Origin: Chiloscyllium plagiosum
Lineage: Eukaryota
Length of the DNA stretch: 57,039 bases
Direction: 5' to 3'
NCBI RefSeq assembly: GCF_004010195.1
Contig: NC_057754.1
Location: 10,800,345-10,857,383, forward strand
In this document: piece by piece, positions 1-13,350 of the stretch
Position numbering within the stretch: position 1 is the stretch's first letter
How the letters are laid out: every line of letters begins with the position of its first letter
Program-made: the position numbers and the translations under genes
The notes under the pieces: generated by a model
Seen by the model: only the letters and a program-made list of their open reading frames with translations
Told to the model about the DNA's origin: nothing
Database searches by the model: none

Positions 1-378
1 GACCTTTTTCATTGGAGAAAAGGAGGAGGAGAGGGGACCTAATTGAGGTATACAAGATAATGAGAGGCATAGATAGAGTCGATAGCCAGAGACTATTTCC
101 CAGGGCAGAAATGACTAACACGAGGGGTTATAGTTTTAAGCTGGTTGGAGGAAAGTCAGAGGGGATGTCAGAGGCAGGTTCTTTACACAGAGAGTTGTGA
201 AAGCATGGAATGCATTGCCAGCAGCAGTTGTGGAAGCAAGGTCATTGGGGACATTTAAGAGACTCCTGGACATGCATATGGTCACAGAAATTTGAGGGTG
301 CAAATATGAGGATCAGTGGTCAGCACAACATCATGGGCTGAAGGGCCTGTCCTGTGCTGTACTGTTCTATGTTCTATG
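1..378 (+). mobile_element. CR1-clade LINE, 3' end of ORF2 plus tail
   Basis: Translates LFSLEKRRRRGDLIEVYKIMRGIDRVD, the CR1 ORF2 C-terminus. Followed by GGGCTGAAGGGCCTGT...TGTTCTATGTTCTATG tail. Confidence 0.9.
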
Positions 379-1723
379 AAAGGAAACATTCAGCCTTGTC
401 TGTTTTACTCCCCCAATGGTTCCCTGTCAGTTTGCTGTTCATACTGCCTCACCTCATTTTTCCTGCCAAACTAGAACGTTGCTCACATCAGCTGCTTGTT
501 GTCCATAAGAATGGTGGGTTGCTTTGAATTCATGGGAAGAGAAACAGGAATGTGGAATTACAAACTCAGGCAGACCAGCCCTGACCTGTGGAGGAAATGC
601 AAACCTATCAGTGTTATTTATCTGAAATACCAAGTACTCTTTTTTTTGTTGTTGAAGGGAGCTGGAAATATGCCTCTAATATGGACAAAAATTTGAGTCA
701 ATTTTAGTATTATCAGATACAGAGACCAGTTGTAATTAAACTTACGACAAGTCTAGAACTGCACCCACTAAGACACCATTCCATGCAATGTAAACTGCAA
801 TGTAATAGGTAACTGTATAGCCTGTGTCACATAAACCAAGGCAACTGGATGTAACAAGATGAAGGTAGGGTTGAAGGTTATGTACAGAATGATGGGAGAA
901 TGCAATGATGAATCAGACAGAGTCCAGAGTAACGTAAAGAGAGACTAGGCCAATTGTGATTTAATGTGGGCCGTCCCCTCCAGTGACTGAGGTCACAATA
1001 GTCCTGACCCCCTGCAGCGAGTGAGGTCATAATGACCCTGTGTGAATTACTCCTTCTCAATCTCTGACTCATTGCAGTTTATTGCCAGGGATTCACTCAG
1101 ATAGATTTGTGCTCACACAGGCATATATTTATTATGTTAATCCAGACAGATGAGTGGGCTGATGTAAAGTCTTTGTGCCAAGCTTCAATGTAATTCGTGA
1201 TCAGAAATATTGATATAATTGACAATTCTGCACATGTAGATTTATTCGACACTCACAATGCCTGACATAAATTTAGATTGATTCTTTTAATCTCCTGTTT
1301 TTTGTCTGTATCCCTTCAAAGGTGGACAATTCTGATAATTGCATCTACAGTGACAAAATCTTTGGCAGCAGAGTGTTCCATGTAATTGAATGGTGAATAT
1401 ACAAAGCGAGATGTTTACACCATGCAATGACATCAGCTGAAATCAGCACTGCCGTCACATTTTATTAACGAAGCGAATGAACTGAATGTACACACAGTTT
1501 TGGAATGATACCTGGCAGTTGCTGACAAGTCTTAAACATATCAGGACCTCAACATAGTAAATGAGGTGGGGAGAATGAAACAGTCTATTAATGTGCAGTG
1601 ACATGAAGCATCAGATGAATTGAAAAATGTTGACTTAAAATGTCAGCAACCTTTTACAGCACAGTTAGTTTTGGATGGTACCAGTTAACAGAAGCCCTGG
1701 CAAAACTGCAGTCACTGGGAAGC

Positions 1724-3028
1724 TTTTTTAATCAGTAAAGAACTCAAGAGTTGCGAGGAAATGGCATGAGAGTGGAATTGAGGAGAATCAGATCTGCCAT
1801 GATCTCATTAAATGGTTGTGCAGATACCATGGGCCAAATGGCCTACTCTATTCCAACACCACATGTATGGCAGCATTTTTAATACATGGTGGAAGCTCCT
1901 ACTGTTGGCAGAATGCTGCTGCATATGCTCCTGAAAGATGTTCTAATTATGGATATTATGGGGAATCAACAATCATTCCGACTGACTTGATTCTCATTTA
2001 ATGTCAAAGGTATTGTTATTTGTACATCAATCCCGAACATTAGTTGGAATCATACCTAGCAGAAACGTGTGGTTGTTGGATGTAAATTATCTCAGTCCCA
2101 CGACATCATTGCATGAATGTCTCAGGTTGGAATTCTCTGCCTAACCATATTCAGCAGCTTCATCAATAATTTTCCTGAAATCATAAAGTCATAGAATTCT
2201 CGCTGGTAATGTACTTACAATTGCTTCACTTTCATCCTTTATAATAGATTCCAAGATTTTTCCAATAACAAATATTAAATTAGCTGGTCTGTAGTTACCA
2301 GTTTTTGTCTCATACCCTTTTCAAATCAAGGCAACATACTGACAGTTTTCTAATCCTTTGAGACTTCTTCAAAATCTAAAGATTCTTGTAAGATGACTAC
2401 CAGCGCAACTACAAGATCTCTGTAGCTGGTTCCTTCAATACCCTCGGATGCAGCCCACCAGTTCCAAGGGACTAATAGGCTTTAGCTCTATGAGTTTTCC
2501 TAATATACTATTTGTCATGATAGTTATTTCATGTATTTCCTATCTTCCTTTTGCCCTTTGATTATTCAGTAATTTTTGCATTTTATGAGTGGCTTCTACT
2601 TTGAAGACTGGAGTAAAGTGTTTATTCGACTCTTTTGCCATTTTCTCATTCCCCATTATTATTTTCCCAGTTTATTCTCTACATGGCCTATTTTCACCAG
2701 GTTGAGGCAGTTTTTTTTTAATCAGTAAAGAACTCAAGAGTTGCGAGGAAATGGCATGAGAGTGGAATTGAGGAGAATCAGATCTGCCATGATCTCATTA
2801 AATGGTTGTGCAGATACCATGGGCCAAATGGCCTACTCTATTCCAACACCACATGTATGGCAGCATTTTTAATACACGGTGGAAGCTCCTACTGTTGGCA
2901 GAATGCTGCTGCATATGCTCCTGAATAGATGTTCTAATTATGGATATTATGGGGAATCAACAATCATTCCGACTGACTTGATTCTCATTTAATGTCAAAG
3001 GTATTGTTATTTGTACATCAATCCCGAA
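1724..3028 (+). repeat. Near-identical ~314-bp direct repeat (1724-2037 and 2714-3028)
   Basis: Both copies run TTTTTTAATCAGTAAAGAACTC...TACATCAATCCCGAA. Only about 2 differences seen by eye. Confidence 0.9.
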
Positions 3029-3699
3029 GCAATATGCCAATTTTCTACACAAGTGCACTTGCTCCACCAAATAGTGAACTTGACCACAGACACTGATTTT
3101 CATGAATGTAACAGGGACAGAAATCTGATTCAAGCATTGCATGGGTGGATAGATGGCATGGATTTATGAGGAAACAAGTCATTCCAGGATTTTGGACGGG
3201 AAAGGCAAGTTCAAATTAAGACAGTAACTTGCTGGGATGTTGGGGTTGGAATGCAAATATGGCAGATTTATAGCAAAAGGGACAGTGTCTGTAGGAGAAT
3301 GGTTAACAATGCAGCAAATAGAGAGAAGGTCAGTAGTCAGACATTTCATGGAAATAGGGCCAATGGAGCAGTAAGTGAGGCACTTGGACAAGGTGAGGTC
3401 TGACAGGGCATGACATGAGATTAGAGTTTGTCTCAGTGACCAATTGGAAAGGAGAGAAACGAGAGCAAGCTGATCAGATTTTCTCAAGCCTTATTAACAA
3501 AGAAACTCTTGTGCTCCTGAAACTTGCTGTTGGAGGTGAGGATTGAGGGGGCAGGAGGGAGGGAGCATCCATCAAAAATTTCTGTTCGATATTAAAATGA
3601 CTGACCATACTGTGTAACTGATAGACATCTGCTTTATTTGACACTTAGAATGTAAGCACCTTTCACTGGACTGGAGTTTATTAGCATCAACAGAAACAG

Positions 3700-4910
3700 A
3701 CTCCAATGAACGTGGATGAGTTCCAATTTGATTAACTGAAAATCCCATCACTGGAGTGACTTGTGACATTGCTGGTGTCTCACCAGATTGGATGATTGCG
3801 CAAATTTCTTCTCACACATGGAGCAGGCAAATGATCTCTTCCCAGTGTGACCTCGCTGGTGTAAAGTAAGATGAGATGATCATCTGAACCCAGTCGCACA
3901 GTGAGAGCACCTGAATGGTCTCTCATTGGTGTGAATATGTTGGTGGGACATCAGTTTCCCAGAGCTGTTAAAGCACTTCCCACAAACTGGGAATTTAAAA
4001 CGTCTATTTTCAGAGTGAATATGTTTCAAGTGCCCAGAACATTTAAAACACTTCCCACAATCGAGGCATTTAAATGGTCTTTAACCAGACTGAACACTTT
4101 GGTGTAACTTGAGGTGGGATGGGTCAATGAATCCCTGCCCACATTTAGAGCAGATGAATGGCCTCTTGCCAGTGTGACGATGCTGGTGCCGACTGAGTTT
4201 AGATGATATTTTGAACCCAGTTCCACTGTGATAGCAGCTGAATGGTCTATCATTAGTGTGAGTACATTAATGGACAATCAGTTCACCAGAACCTTTAAAG
4301 CACTTGCTACAGTTTGGACATTTAAAAGGTTTCTCTCAATGTCAATCTGTGGGTGTGCACTGAGGCGATATGACTGAGTAAATCCAATTCCACATTCAGA
4401 GCAGGTGAATGGCCTCTCCCTAGTATGAATGCACTTGTGAATGCCCCACAGTCAGAACATCTGACCCTTTCTTCCTCAGTGTAAACAAACTGATGGGACA
4501 TCAGATCAGCAGAACTCTTAAAGCACTTTCCACAACCTGGACATGGAAAAGGTCTCTTGTCAGTGTGAACAAGTTGGTGGGACTGCTGATGGCTGGAAAT
4601 TTTAAAAGCAATTTCAGTAGCTTGTACATTTATCAGTGTGAAATCGCTGGTCTGTCAGGAGGATGAATAACTGAGTGAATCCCTTCCCACACAGGAAGCA
4701 GGTCAACGGCCTCTCCCCAGTGTGAACATGTTGGGGAATTATCAGCACAGAGTAGTGACTGAATCCTTTCTCACAGGTCATGATTTTCCATAGTTTCAAC
4801 CCACTGTGACTGCATTTGTGCTTCTTGAGGCCAGTTGATTGGCTAAAGCCTTTTGTCAGAAGATATGTATCTGTTCTTCCCACTGTGAATGGTGCTTTCT
4901 CCTTCCATGG
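3700..4910 (-). pseudogene. Decayed C2H2 zinc-finger array (unit A)
   Basis: Repeated CTCTCCCCAGTGTGAA (HTGERP linker, reverse strand). Fragments such as CFLCGKGFTQ and HVHTGERP. Many stops and frameshifts. Confidence 0.85.
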
Positions 4911-5796
4911 TTAAAATCTTTAATCCTCAGGTCTTGATAAATAAAGTGACTCCATCAGATCATGACGTGATATTTGGTTTCAGTTTCATGACTTCAAATC
5001 CTTGATAAAATATCATTAGGTTCATACAGGGGAGAGGGTGTTCACCTACTCCACATGTAGGAAGGCATTTACTCAGTTATGGCTGTGAGTTTGCTCACTG
5101 AGCTGGCAGGTTTGTTTTCAGATGTTTCATCATCATGCTACGGAACATCATCAGTGAGCCTCCGGTGAAGTGCTTCACCAGAGGCTCACGATGCCCTCTT
5201 GTCCTAGCTTCACCTGTCAGTGGAAACATCAAATCTACTTCTATCTTATCCATTTCCTTCATAATTTTCTATGTTTCTACAAGAACCCTCCTCATTATTC
5301 TGAATTCCAATGTATATAATCCCAATCTACTCAGTCTCTGCGAGACTATACACTAATGTAATTTTGAAACAGTGTGTCAGGTTCTTAATTTCTTCATGAT
5401 ACAATAATAATAAATGATGTCCCAGTGATGACTGCTGTATTTTTAGGCCTTTTTCCTTTCTAACTCTGGATTCTTTCTATTCTCATATTCAGTTCCTCTA
5501 TGGACAAGTCCCAAGTCTTCGAGGGTGTCTCTTTTAATCTTGATGTGGAGGTGTCGGTGTTGGACTGGCATGGTTAAAGTTAAAAATCACTCTGAGCATT
5601 CTGAAAGCTAATACTTCCAAATAAACCTGTTGGACTATAACCTAGTGCTATGTGATTTCTAACTCTCTTAATCTTGTTATCCAGCAAAAGTATTGGTAAC
5701 ACACCCGGGATCAGTAAAAACAAAACCTGGTCTTTCCGTCAATTTCAGTGATGAGACATAATGTGTATCCCACAACAAATATCAAATAAACCATTA

Positions 5797-5997
5797 ACAA
5801 AAACAGAAGTTGCTGGAAAAGCTCAGCAGGTCTGGTAGCATCTGTGAAGAAAAATCAGAGTTAATGTTTCGGGTCAAGTGACACTTCCTTTGGCATGCAG
5901 CATTAACTCTGATTTCTCTTCATCAATGCTGCCAGACTTGCTGAGCTGTCCCATTAACTTTTGTTTTTGTTTCAGATTTATAGCATCTGCAGTTCTT
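5797..5997. mobile_element. Fold-back Penelope-terminus-derived element with degenerate hammerhead
   Basis: Inverted arms AACAAAAACAGAAGTTGCTGGAAAAGCTCAGCAGGTCTGG / GCCAGACTTGCTGAGCTG...TTTGTTTTTGTT. Centre carries GACCCGAAAC on the minus strand. Confidence 0.65.
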
Positions 5998-6460
5998 TCA
6001 GTTTTCATCAAATAAAGCAGCTTTGGTGTTTAATACATAAAATAGAATCTTCCTTGTCTCTGCAATGTGTGGGCAATGGCGAGTCAGTTGGGAAAATATA
6101 GTGAGATCCCGATTCTCAATGTCAGGGAATGAAGTCAGATTTTCCACCCAGGATTTTAACACAGAGATGAGAATCTTGCTGGTAAATAGTGAGAATCCCA
6201 TTTGCATTCACCTTATTATTATCTACTCTCAGCTGATTTATTTGCAATTTGATATTTTCCCATTTGGCATAGGAAAACTTGATGCTGACAACTTCTAACA
6301 TGAACATTTTAAAAGGTACTTAGCTGCCCTCAGTTTGTTTCTCCAGATCTGCATCTTGATAGTGTTCTTCAAAACGGTATTTCAGGACATGCACCATGAC
6401 CAGCATCGTTCATCTTCTGAGGTTGACATTGGAAGTGAGCCAGCCTCCCCACCACCTCAA

Positions 6461-8350
6461 GGAATAGAACATAGAACATTACAGCACAGTACAGGCCCTT
6501 CAGCCCTAGATGTTGCACCGACCTGTGAGACGAAACTGAAGCCCATCGAACTTACACAATTCCATTATCATCCGTATGTCTATCCAATGACAATTTAAAT
6601 GCCTTAAAGTTGGCGGGGCTACTACGGTTGCAGGCAGTAAAGAGACCTAAGGGGCAACTTTTTCCCTACAGTCATGCAGACTGATGTCTGAAGGGATGGC
6701 ATGCAGGTCTGTGTGCATATCCAGCAGTAAAGAGACCTAAGGGGCAACTCCATCTACCACTTCTCAGCCCATTGGCCCATCTGGTCCAGATCCTGTTGAA
6801 ATCAGAGGTAACCCTCCTCGCTATCCACTAACCCTCCAATTTTGATGTCATCTGCAACTTACTAACTGTACCTCTGATGCTCGCATTCAAATCATTTATG
6901 TAAATGACAAAAAGTAGAGGACCCAGCACCAATCCTTGTGGCACTCCACTGGTCACAGGCCTCCAGTCTGAAAAACAACCTCCACCACCACCCTCTGTCT
7001 TCTACCTTTGATCCAGTTCTCTGTCCAAATGGCTAGTTCTCCCTGTATGCCGTGAGATCAAACCTTGCTAATCAGTCTATGGGGAACCTTGTCAAACGCC
7101 TTACTGAAGTCCATATAGATCACACCTACCGCTCTGCCCTCATCAATCCTCTTTACTTCCTCAAAAACCTCAATCAAGTTTAATCCAATGCACAAAACCA
7201 TGTTGACTATCCCTGATCAGTCCTTGCCTTTCCAAATACATGTACATCCTGTCCCTCAGGATTCCCTCCAACAACTTGCCCACCACTGATGTCAGGTTCC
7301 CTCGTCTATAGTTTCCTGGCTTGTCCTTACCACCCTTCTTAAACAGTGGCACCACGTTAGCCAACCTCCAGTCTTCCGGCACCTCACCTGTGACTATCGA
7401 TGTTACAAATATCTCAGCAAGAGGCCCAGCAATCACTTCTCTAGCTTCCCACAAAGTTCTAGGGGACACCTGATCAAGTCCTGGGGATTTATCCACCTTT
7501 ACCCATTTCAAGACATCCAGCACTTCCTCCTCTATATTATGGACATTTTGCAAGATGTCACCATCTATTTCCCTACAGTCTATATCGTCCATATCATTTT
7601 CCACAGTAAATACTGATGCAAAATGCTCATTTAGTATCGCCCCCATTTCCTGCAGCTCCACACAAAGGCCGCCTTGCTGATCTTTGAGGGGCCCTATTCT
7701 CTCCCTCGTTACCCTTTTGTCCTTAATGTATTTGTAAGAACTCTTTGGATTCTCAATTTTATTTGCCAAAGCTATCTCATGTCCCCTTTTTGCCGTCCTG
7801 ATTTCCCTCTTAAGTATACTCCTACTTCCTTTATACTCTAAGGATTCACTCGATCTATCCTGTCTATCCCTTACATGTGCTTCCTTCTTTTTCTTAATCA
7901 AACCCTCAATTTCTTTAGTCACCCAGCATTCCCTATACCTACCAGCCTTCCCTTTCACCCTACCAGGAATATACTTTCTCTGGATTCTCATTATCTCATT
8001 TCTGAAGGCTTCCCATTTTCCAGCTGTCGCTTTACCTGTGAACATCTGCCCCTCATCAGCTTTCGAAAGTTCTTGCCTAATACCATCAAAATTGGCCTTT
8101 CTCCAATTTAGAACTTCAACTTTTAGATCTGGTCTATCCTTTTCCATCATTATTTTAAATCTAATAGAATTATGGTCACTTGCCCCAAAGTGCTCCGCCA
8201 CTGACACCCCAGTCACCTACCCTGCCTTATTTCCCAAGAGTAGCTCAAGTTTTGCACCTTCTCTACTCGGTACATCCACATACTGAATCAGAAAATTGTT
8301 TTGTGCACACTTAACAAATTCCTCTCCATCTAAACCCTTAATACCATGGC
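6461..8350 (-). mobile_element. CR1 LINE ORF2 fragment (end of AP endonuclease, start of RT, internal deletions, 3' tail)
   Basis: ORF 7170-8216 contains HFGASDHNSIRF (APE), KSPGLD, PEDWRLANVVPLFKKGGKDKPGNYR and SQHGF. Tail at ~6461-6510. Confidence 0.92.
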
Positions 8351-8520
8351 AGTGAGAAACTGGAGAGGTCTGGAGTCAGGCAAGGAGAACCTTAACAGGC
8401 ACTTTCACCCAACAAGCTAGTGGAAGGGAGGATAGCAGCAGAGGAAACTGATTGGATTGTCTCAATCTTAGTGACAAATAAGCTCTTTGATCTCTGCACA
8501 TTTGTTGTTAGATGAAAGAG

Positions 8521-8842
8521 AGATTAGATTAGATTAGATTACATTACAGCGTGGAAACAGGCCCTTCGGCCCAACAAGTCCACACCGACCCGCTGAAGCG
8601 CAACCCACCTATGCCCCTACACTTACCCCTTACCTAACACTACGGGCAATTTAGCATGGCCAATTCACCTGACCTGCACATCTTTGGACTGTGGGAGGAA
8701 ACCGAAGCACCCGGAGGAAACCCACACAGACACGGGAGAACGTGCAAACTCCACACAGTCAGTCGCCTGAGGTGGGAATTGAACCCAGGTCTCAGGCGCT
8801 GTGAGGCAGCAGTGCTAACCACTGTGCCACCGTGCCGCCCAT
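8521..8842 (-). mobile_element. HE1-type tRNA-derived SINE
   Basis: A-box GGCACAGTGGTTAGC, B-box GGTTCAATTCC, CR1-like 3' end, (TCTAA)n tail. TSD AAAGAG at 8515-8520 and 8843-8848. Confidence 0.92.
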
Positions 8843-9049
8843 AAAGAGGACAGGGAGACCCTTCCAAAGGGACTCACGTATTAGAGATATTAAAAACACT
8901 CAACACACTGTGTTTAACATAAAGCTAATTCAAGTGAGTTTTATTCTGAATATTCACACATAAAACTGTTCTGGAATTTACTAACATCAGGAGAAAAAGA
9001 CCAAATGAGAAATGGATGGGTCCAGGATTTGATTAACAACAAATCCAAC

Positions 9050-9850
9050 TCCTGCAATCACTTATGAACTCAGAAGGTGGGATATTGCAATGAATCTTCC
9101 CACACTCAGAGCAAGTGAACAGTCTCCCCATCCTGTTAACATCACTGGTGTACTGCGCAGTCAGATGATTGCTTGAAGCCACTGCTGCAGTAAGAGCTCC
9201 TGAATGGTCTGTCCTGTGTGACAGAATACACTGGTAGGAAATCAGATCACAGACTTCCAGAGCACTTTTCCCAGTCTCAGCAGGGGCAGTTGATCAGATC
9301 ATCTCAATCTCTGAGACAACAGGCTTTTCACACTTGTTAAAAGTGAGGATGGAGGGGGGAGAGAGAGAGCAAACAATGCAAAATGGCATCTCCTGTTAGA
9401 GACAATAAGATGACACACTGTGTTTTACACAAAACAGCTTTATTTGACATGTATCTACATTAACATGTGATGAAGCAGGCAGTTATTAACATTAGCAGAA
9501 ACAGACAGCAATGAACATGGCTCACTCCAGGACGTGACTAATAATAAAATCATGAACTCCCTAGTGACTCAGCAGATGTGACACCTGTGTGAATCCCATC
9601 CGAAATTGGAGCAGTTGGATGGCTTCTCCCCAGTGTGAATGTGCTGATGCCTCAGCAGGTGGGATGACTGAGAGAAACTTTTCCCACCGTCAGAGGTGAC
9701 CAGCTTCTCTCGTGTGACCTCCACAGTGCAGTGAGATAAGGTGATCACCTAAACACAACTCTACAGTGCACCTGAACAGTTTCTTGCCCCGTGTGAACAC
9801 TTTGTGCAGGTGAATGGTGGCCTCTTCCAGGTGTGAACTCTAGCATATCA
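9050..9850 (-). pseudogene. Highly decayed C2H2 ZNF remnants (unit B)
   Basis: Residual CTTCTCCCCAGTGTGAATGTG (HIHTGEK) and TTCCCACACTC (ECGK) motifs. 3' flank is paralogous to that of unit A. Confidence 0.65.
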
Positions 9851-11867
9851 AACAGGATAGATAACAGTGCCAGTTCATCTGATTTCTCAGGATTGATTCT
9901 TACAGTTTGTCTGCTAGCCAAGTTAGACTGACTGGTCTATAGCTGTTTGGTGTTTCCTTTGTACCCTTTTTAAAATAATAAAACCACATTTGGATTCCTC
10001 CAGCCATTCAGCACCTCAGCCATACCTAAAGTCAAAAGCGTAAAGCATGGAAACAGGTGGTTCAGTCCAACCTATCCATGCCAACCAGATACCCTAAATT
10101 AATTTAGTCCCATATCCCTCTAAACCCTTCCTATTCATATACCCATTTAGATGCCTCCTAAATACCATAATTGTACCAAATGCCTCTGACAGTTCATTCC
10201 ATTTATGCACCACACTGAAATAGTTGCCCCTTAGGTATCTTTTAAATCATTCCAGTCTCACCATAAACCTATGCCCTCTAGTTCTGGGCTCACCAACTCT
10301 GAGGAGTAGACCTTTGCTGTTCACCTGATCTATAACCCTCAAATTTTATAACCTTCTCTAAGGTCACTCCTCAGCCTCCAACACTCTAGGGACAATAACT
10401 GCAGCCTATTTAGCCTCTGCTTACAGATCAAACCCTCCAACACTGGCAACATTTTTGTAAATCTTTTCTGAACCCTTTCAAGTTTCACAACATCCTTCCT
10501 ACTACAGGGAGGCCAGTAATGAAGGCAGTATTCCAAAACGGGCCTAACCAATGTCCTGCACAGCCGCAACATGACCTCCCAACTCCTATGCTCAATCCAC
10601 TGAACAATAAGGCCAAGATACCAAATGCCTTCTTTACTATCCTGTCTACCTGCAACTCCACTTTTAAGGAACTATGAACTTGCACTCCAAGGAACTGTGT
10701 ACAGCAACATTCCCCAAGACTTTAACATGAAGTGTCTATGTTCTGCCCTGATTTGCCTTATCAAAATGCAACACCTCACATTTATTTAAATTAAACTCCA
10801 TCTGCCACTCGGTTCACCTGCCCAACTGATCAAGGTCCTGGTGTGCTGTGAGGTAACCTTCTTTGCTTTTGACTACATGAACAATTTTGGTGTTACCTGC
10901 AAGCTTACTAACTATACCTCTTGTATTCACATCCAAATCATTTATAAAGAACAAAAGCAGTGGAGCCAGTACCAATCCTTGTGGCACACCCCTGGCCACA
11001 GATCTCCAGTCTAGTGAAGATTGGAAAATAATCTTCACAGCATCTGCTATTTCCACCCTGACCTGCTCCAACATCCTAGGAGCAATTCATCTGGCCTGAG
11101 TAACTTACCTACTTTCAATGATTCCATTTAACACTTCCTCTCATTATTATTATTTTGCCTAATATTTCACATGGCTCATTCTGGATTACTCTATCCATAT
11201 CATCCTTTTCTTTGGTTTAGACACTCCCACTGCAGGCCTCACTAAACAGTGCCATCAGACTCTGTATTACTCTGCGACAGGGAAATGAAGCGCGAGTGAC
11301 AGAACATCACCCACTTCCACATTGTGGACAAACCTTTACAGAGTTGTCATCAATTGACATCTTCTCCAAAGCTGACTCAAAACAAGGAAAAAGCAGCTGG
11401 AACTTCCTCCTGATTCAAGGATAGGTGACATTGTGGACTTCAATAGTGCGAGTGATTGCTGTTTGCCTGCAGCAAGAATAAATGTTTATGCGTGAAGGAG
11501 ACCAAACTTGCACATAGACTCCACACATCACCTCACAAAACCCTGCACAGCTGCTGTAAGACCTCCTTGCTCCTGCACTCAAACCCTCTTGCAATGAAAG
11601 ACAAAAATTCAATTTGCCTTCCTAACTTCTTGCTTTGAATGACTGGTGTACAAGGATAACCAGGTCCCTTTGTGCATCAGCAGTTCCAAATCTATCAGCA
11701 TTTAAATAATACTTTTCCATTCTGAATTTTCTACCAAAGCGGATAACTTTACAGTGATACTGCATCTGCCATGCATTTTTCACTCACTCAAATTGACTAA
11801 ATCACTCCGAAACCTGTATCCTGCTCAGTCCCAATCCTTCCCAGTTTTTGTCAACCAACTTGGATGT

Positions 11868-12003
11868 ATTATGTTGGATTCTCTCATCACTGATGTATGA
11901 TTTGAATAGCTGGGGTCGAAGGACACTGACAACTTGCCCCCATTATGTTGGATTCTCTCATCACTGATGTATGATTTGAATAGCTGGGGTCGAAGGACAC
12001 TGA
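11868..12003 (+). repeat. 62-bp duplication with short spacer
   Basis: ATTATGTTGG...GGACACTGA at 11868-11929 and 11942-12003. Confidence 0.9.
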
Positions 12004-12040
12004 TCCTTGTGGTGCCCGACTTGTCAAAACCTTGTCAAAA

Positions 12041-12184
12041 CAGAGGAACCTCAATTATCTGAATTTTGGGTTATCCAAACAAGATCGCAAGGTCCAATGC
12101 TTGGCTAAACTGTGATATCCGGCATTCGATTATACGAACAAAATACTCCCTGCCTTTTTTGTTCGGATAATCGAGGTTACAATG
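12041..12184. mobile_element. Tc1/mariner-pogo (Tigger-like) MITE
   Basis: Imperfect TIRs CAGAGGAACCTCAATTATCTGAA / TTCGGATAATCGAGGTTACAATG, with TA on the right flank. Confidence 0.65.
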
Positions 12185-13350
12185 TACTCCAACCTTCTGC
12201 TCAGAGTTTCCTGTCTGCTAACCAATTCTCAATCCACATCAATATATTCCCAACAGTCCTGTCTACTTTGATTTTATAAATTAAGCTCTTCAGTGGGATT
12301 TTATCAAAAGCTTCTGGAAAATCAAAATGACCAAAAATCAACCAGTTCCACTGGCCAAATCGACAAAGAAAACTTCAGTAGATTTGTCAAGCATGATTTC
12401 ACTGATCCTAAACTGACAGAAGATCCTCTGACTTGCCCAGTCCCCTCTGCACTGGGCCGTCAAAGATCGTAGACATGTCCACATGCAGCACTTGCTCCAG
12501 AGCACCTGGGATGGGAAATAAGTGCTGATCCAGGCAGCACTGCCGACATCCCACGAAGAAATATATTTAAAAACATCTAAGGGCCCCTTGTTCAGTAATG
12601 CCTCAATTTTAAAATCCTCACCCTTGTTTTCAAATTTGCCTACGGTCTGCCCCTCTCGACTTCCACATGTTCCACATCTTGTCCCACAGACCCAAGTGAT
12701 TATCTTATCTCTAAGGCAATCAGAATGAGACAAAGATTTGATGCATCATAGTTTAACAAAAAGCTGCTTTGGATCATTTTTATCCCAAAATAGTAATTGA
12801 ACCTCTAGTGTTTGCAAACATCATGAGAAATAAAGCCAGAAAGCATGGTTTGGATGCAGAAAGCAATAGTATTTAAATCCAATACTGAAAAGAGGGGAAT
12901 CATTGTTGTTTAACCAATCCAGATGAACCACAAAATCACTTCACAAACAATATGCAGGTGGACAGTCTGTACCCAGCGTAAATGTGTTGACATACAGCGA
13001 CATTGTGATTGCTTGCAAAACGTATCCTACAGATACACAATTTTATCAGCATTTTATCTACAATACCAGTACCTTTTAATAGATCGTAAGTTAATAACAC
13101 CAATACAAATGTCCCAATGACCGGCACTCAGTAATTGGTCTGAGTAAAAGAAAAACCCTTCACCTGTTATTCTTCGTGAAATTGCCAGAATGTTAGCAAA
13201 CAGCAAAGCCTCTTACACAAACACAGCAGGTGAACGGGATTCATCCAGTGTCATTTCACCAGTATGTTAACAATTTGGATGACAGAAGGAATTCATTACC
13301 ATATACAGAACAATCGAACAGTCTCTCCATATAGTAAGCAGGCTGTTGCA

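Larger units (their letters stand above)
10030..12410 (-). mobile_element. Several degraded CR1 LINE RT fragments
   Basis: LVRPVLEYC...LERVQKRFTKMLP and [12 protein letters not shown] motifs. Further RT remnants at 11480-12410. Confidence 0.8.
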
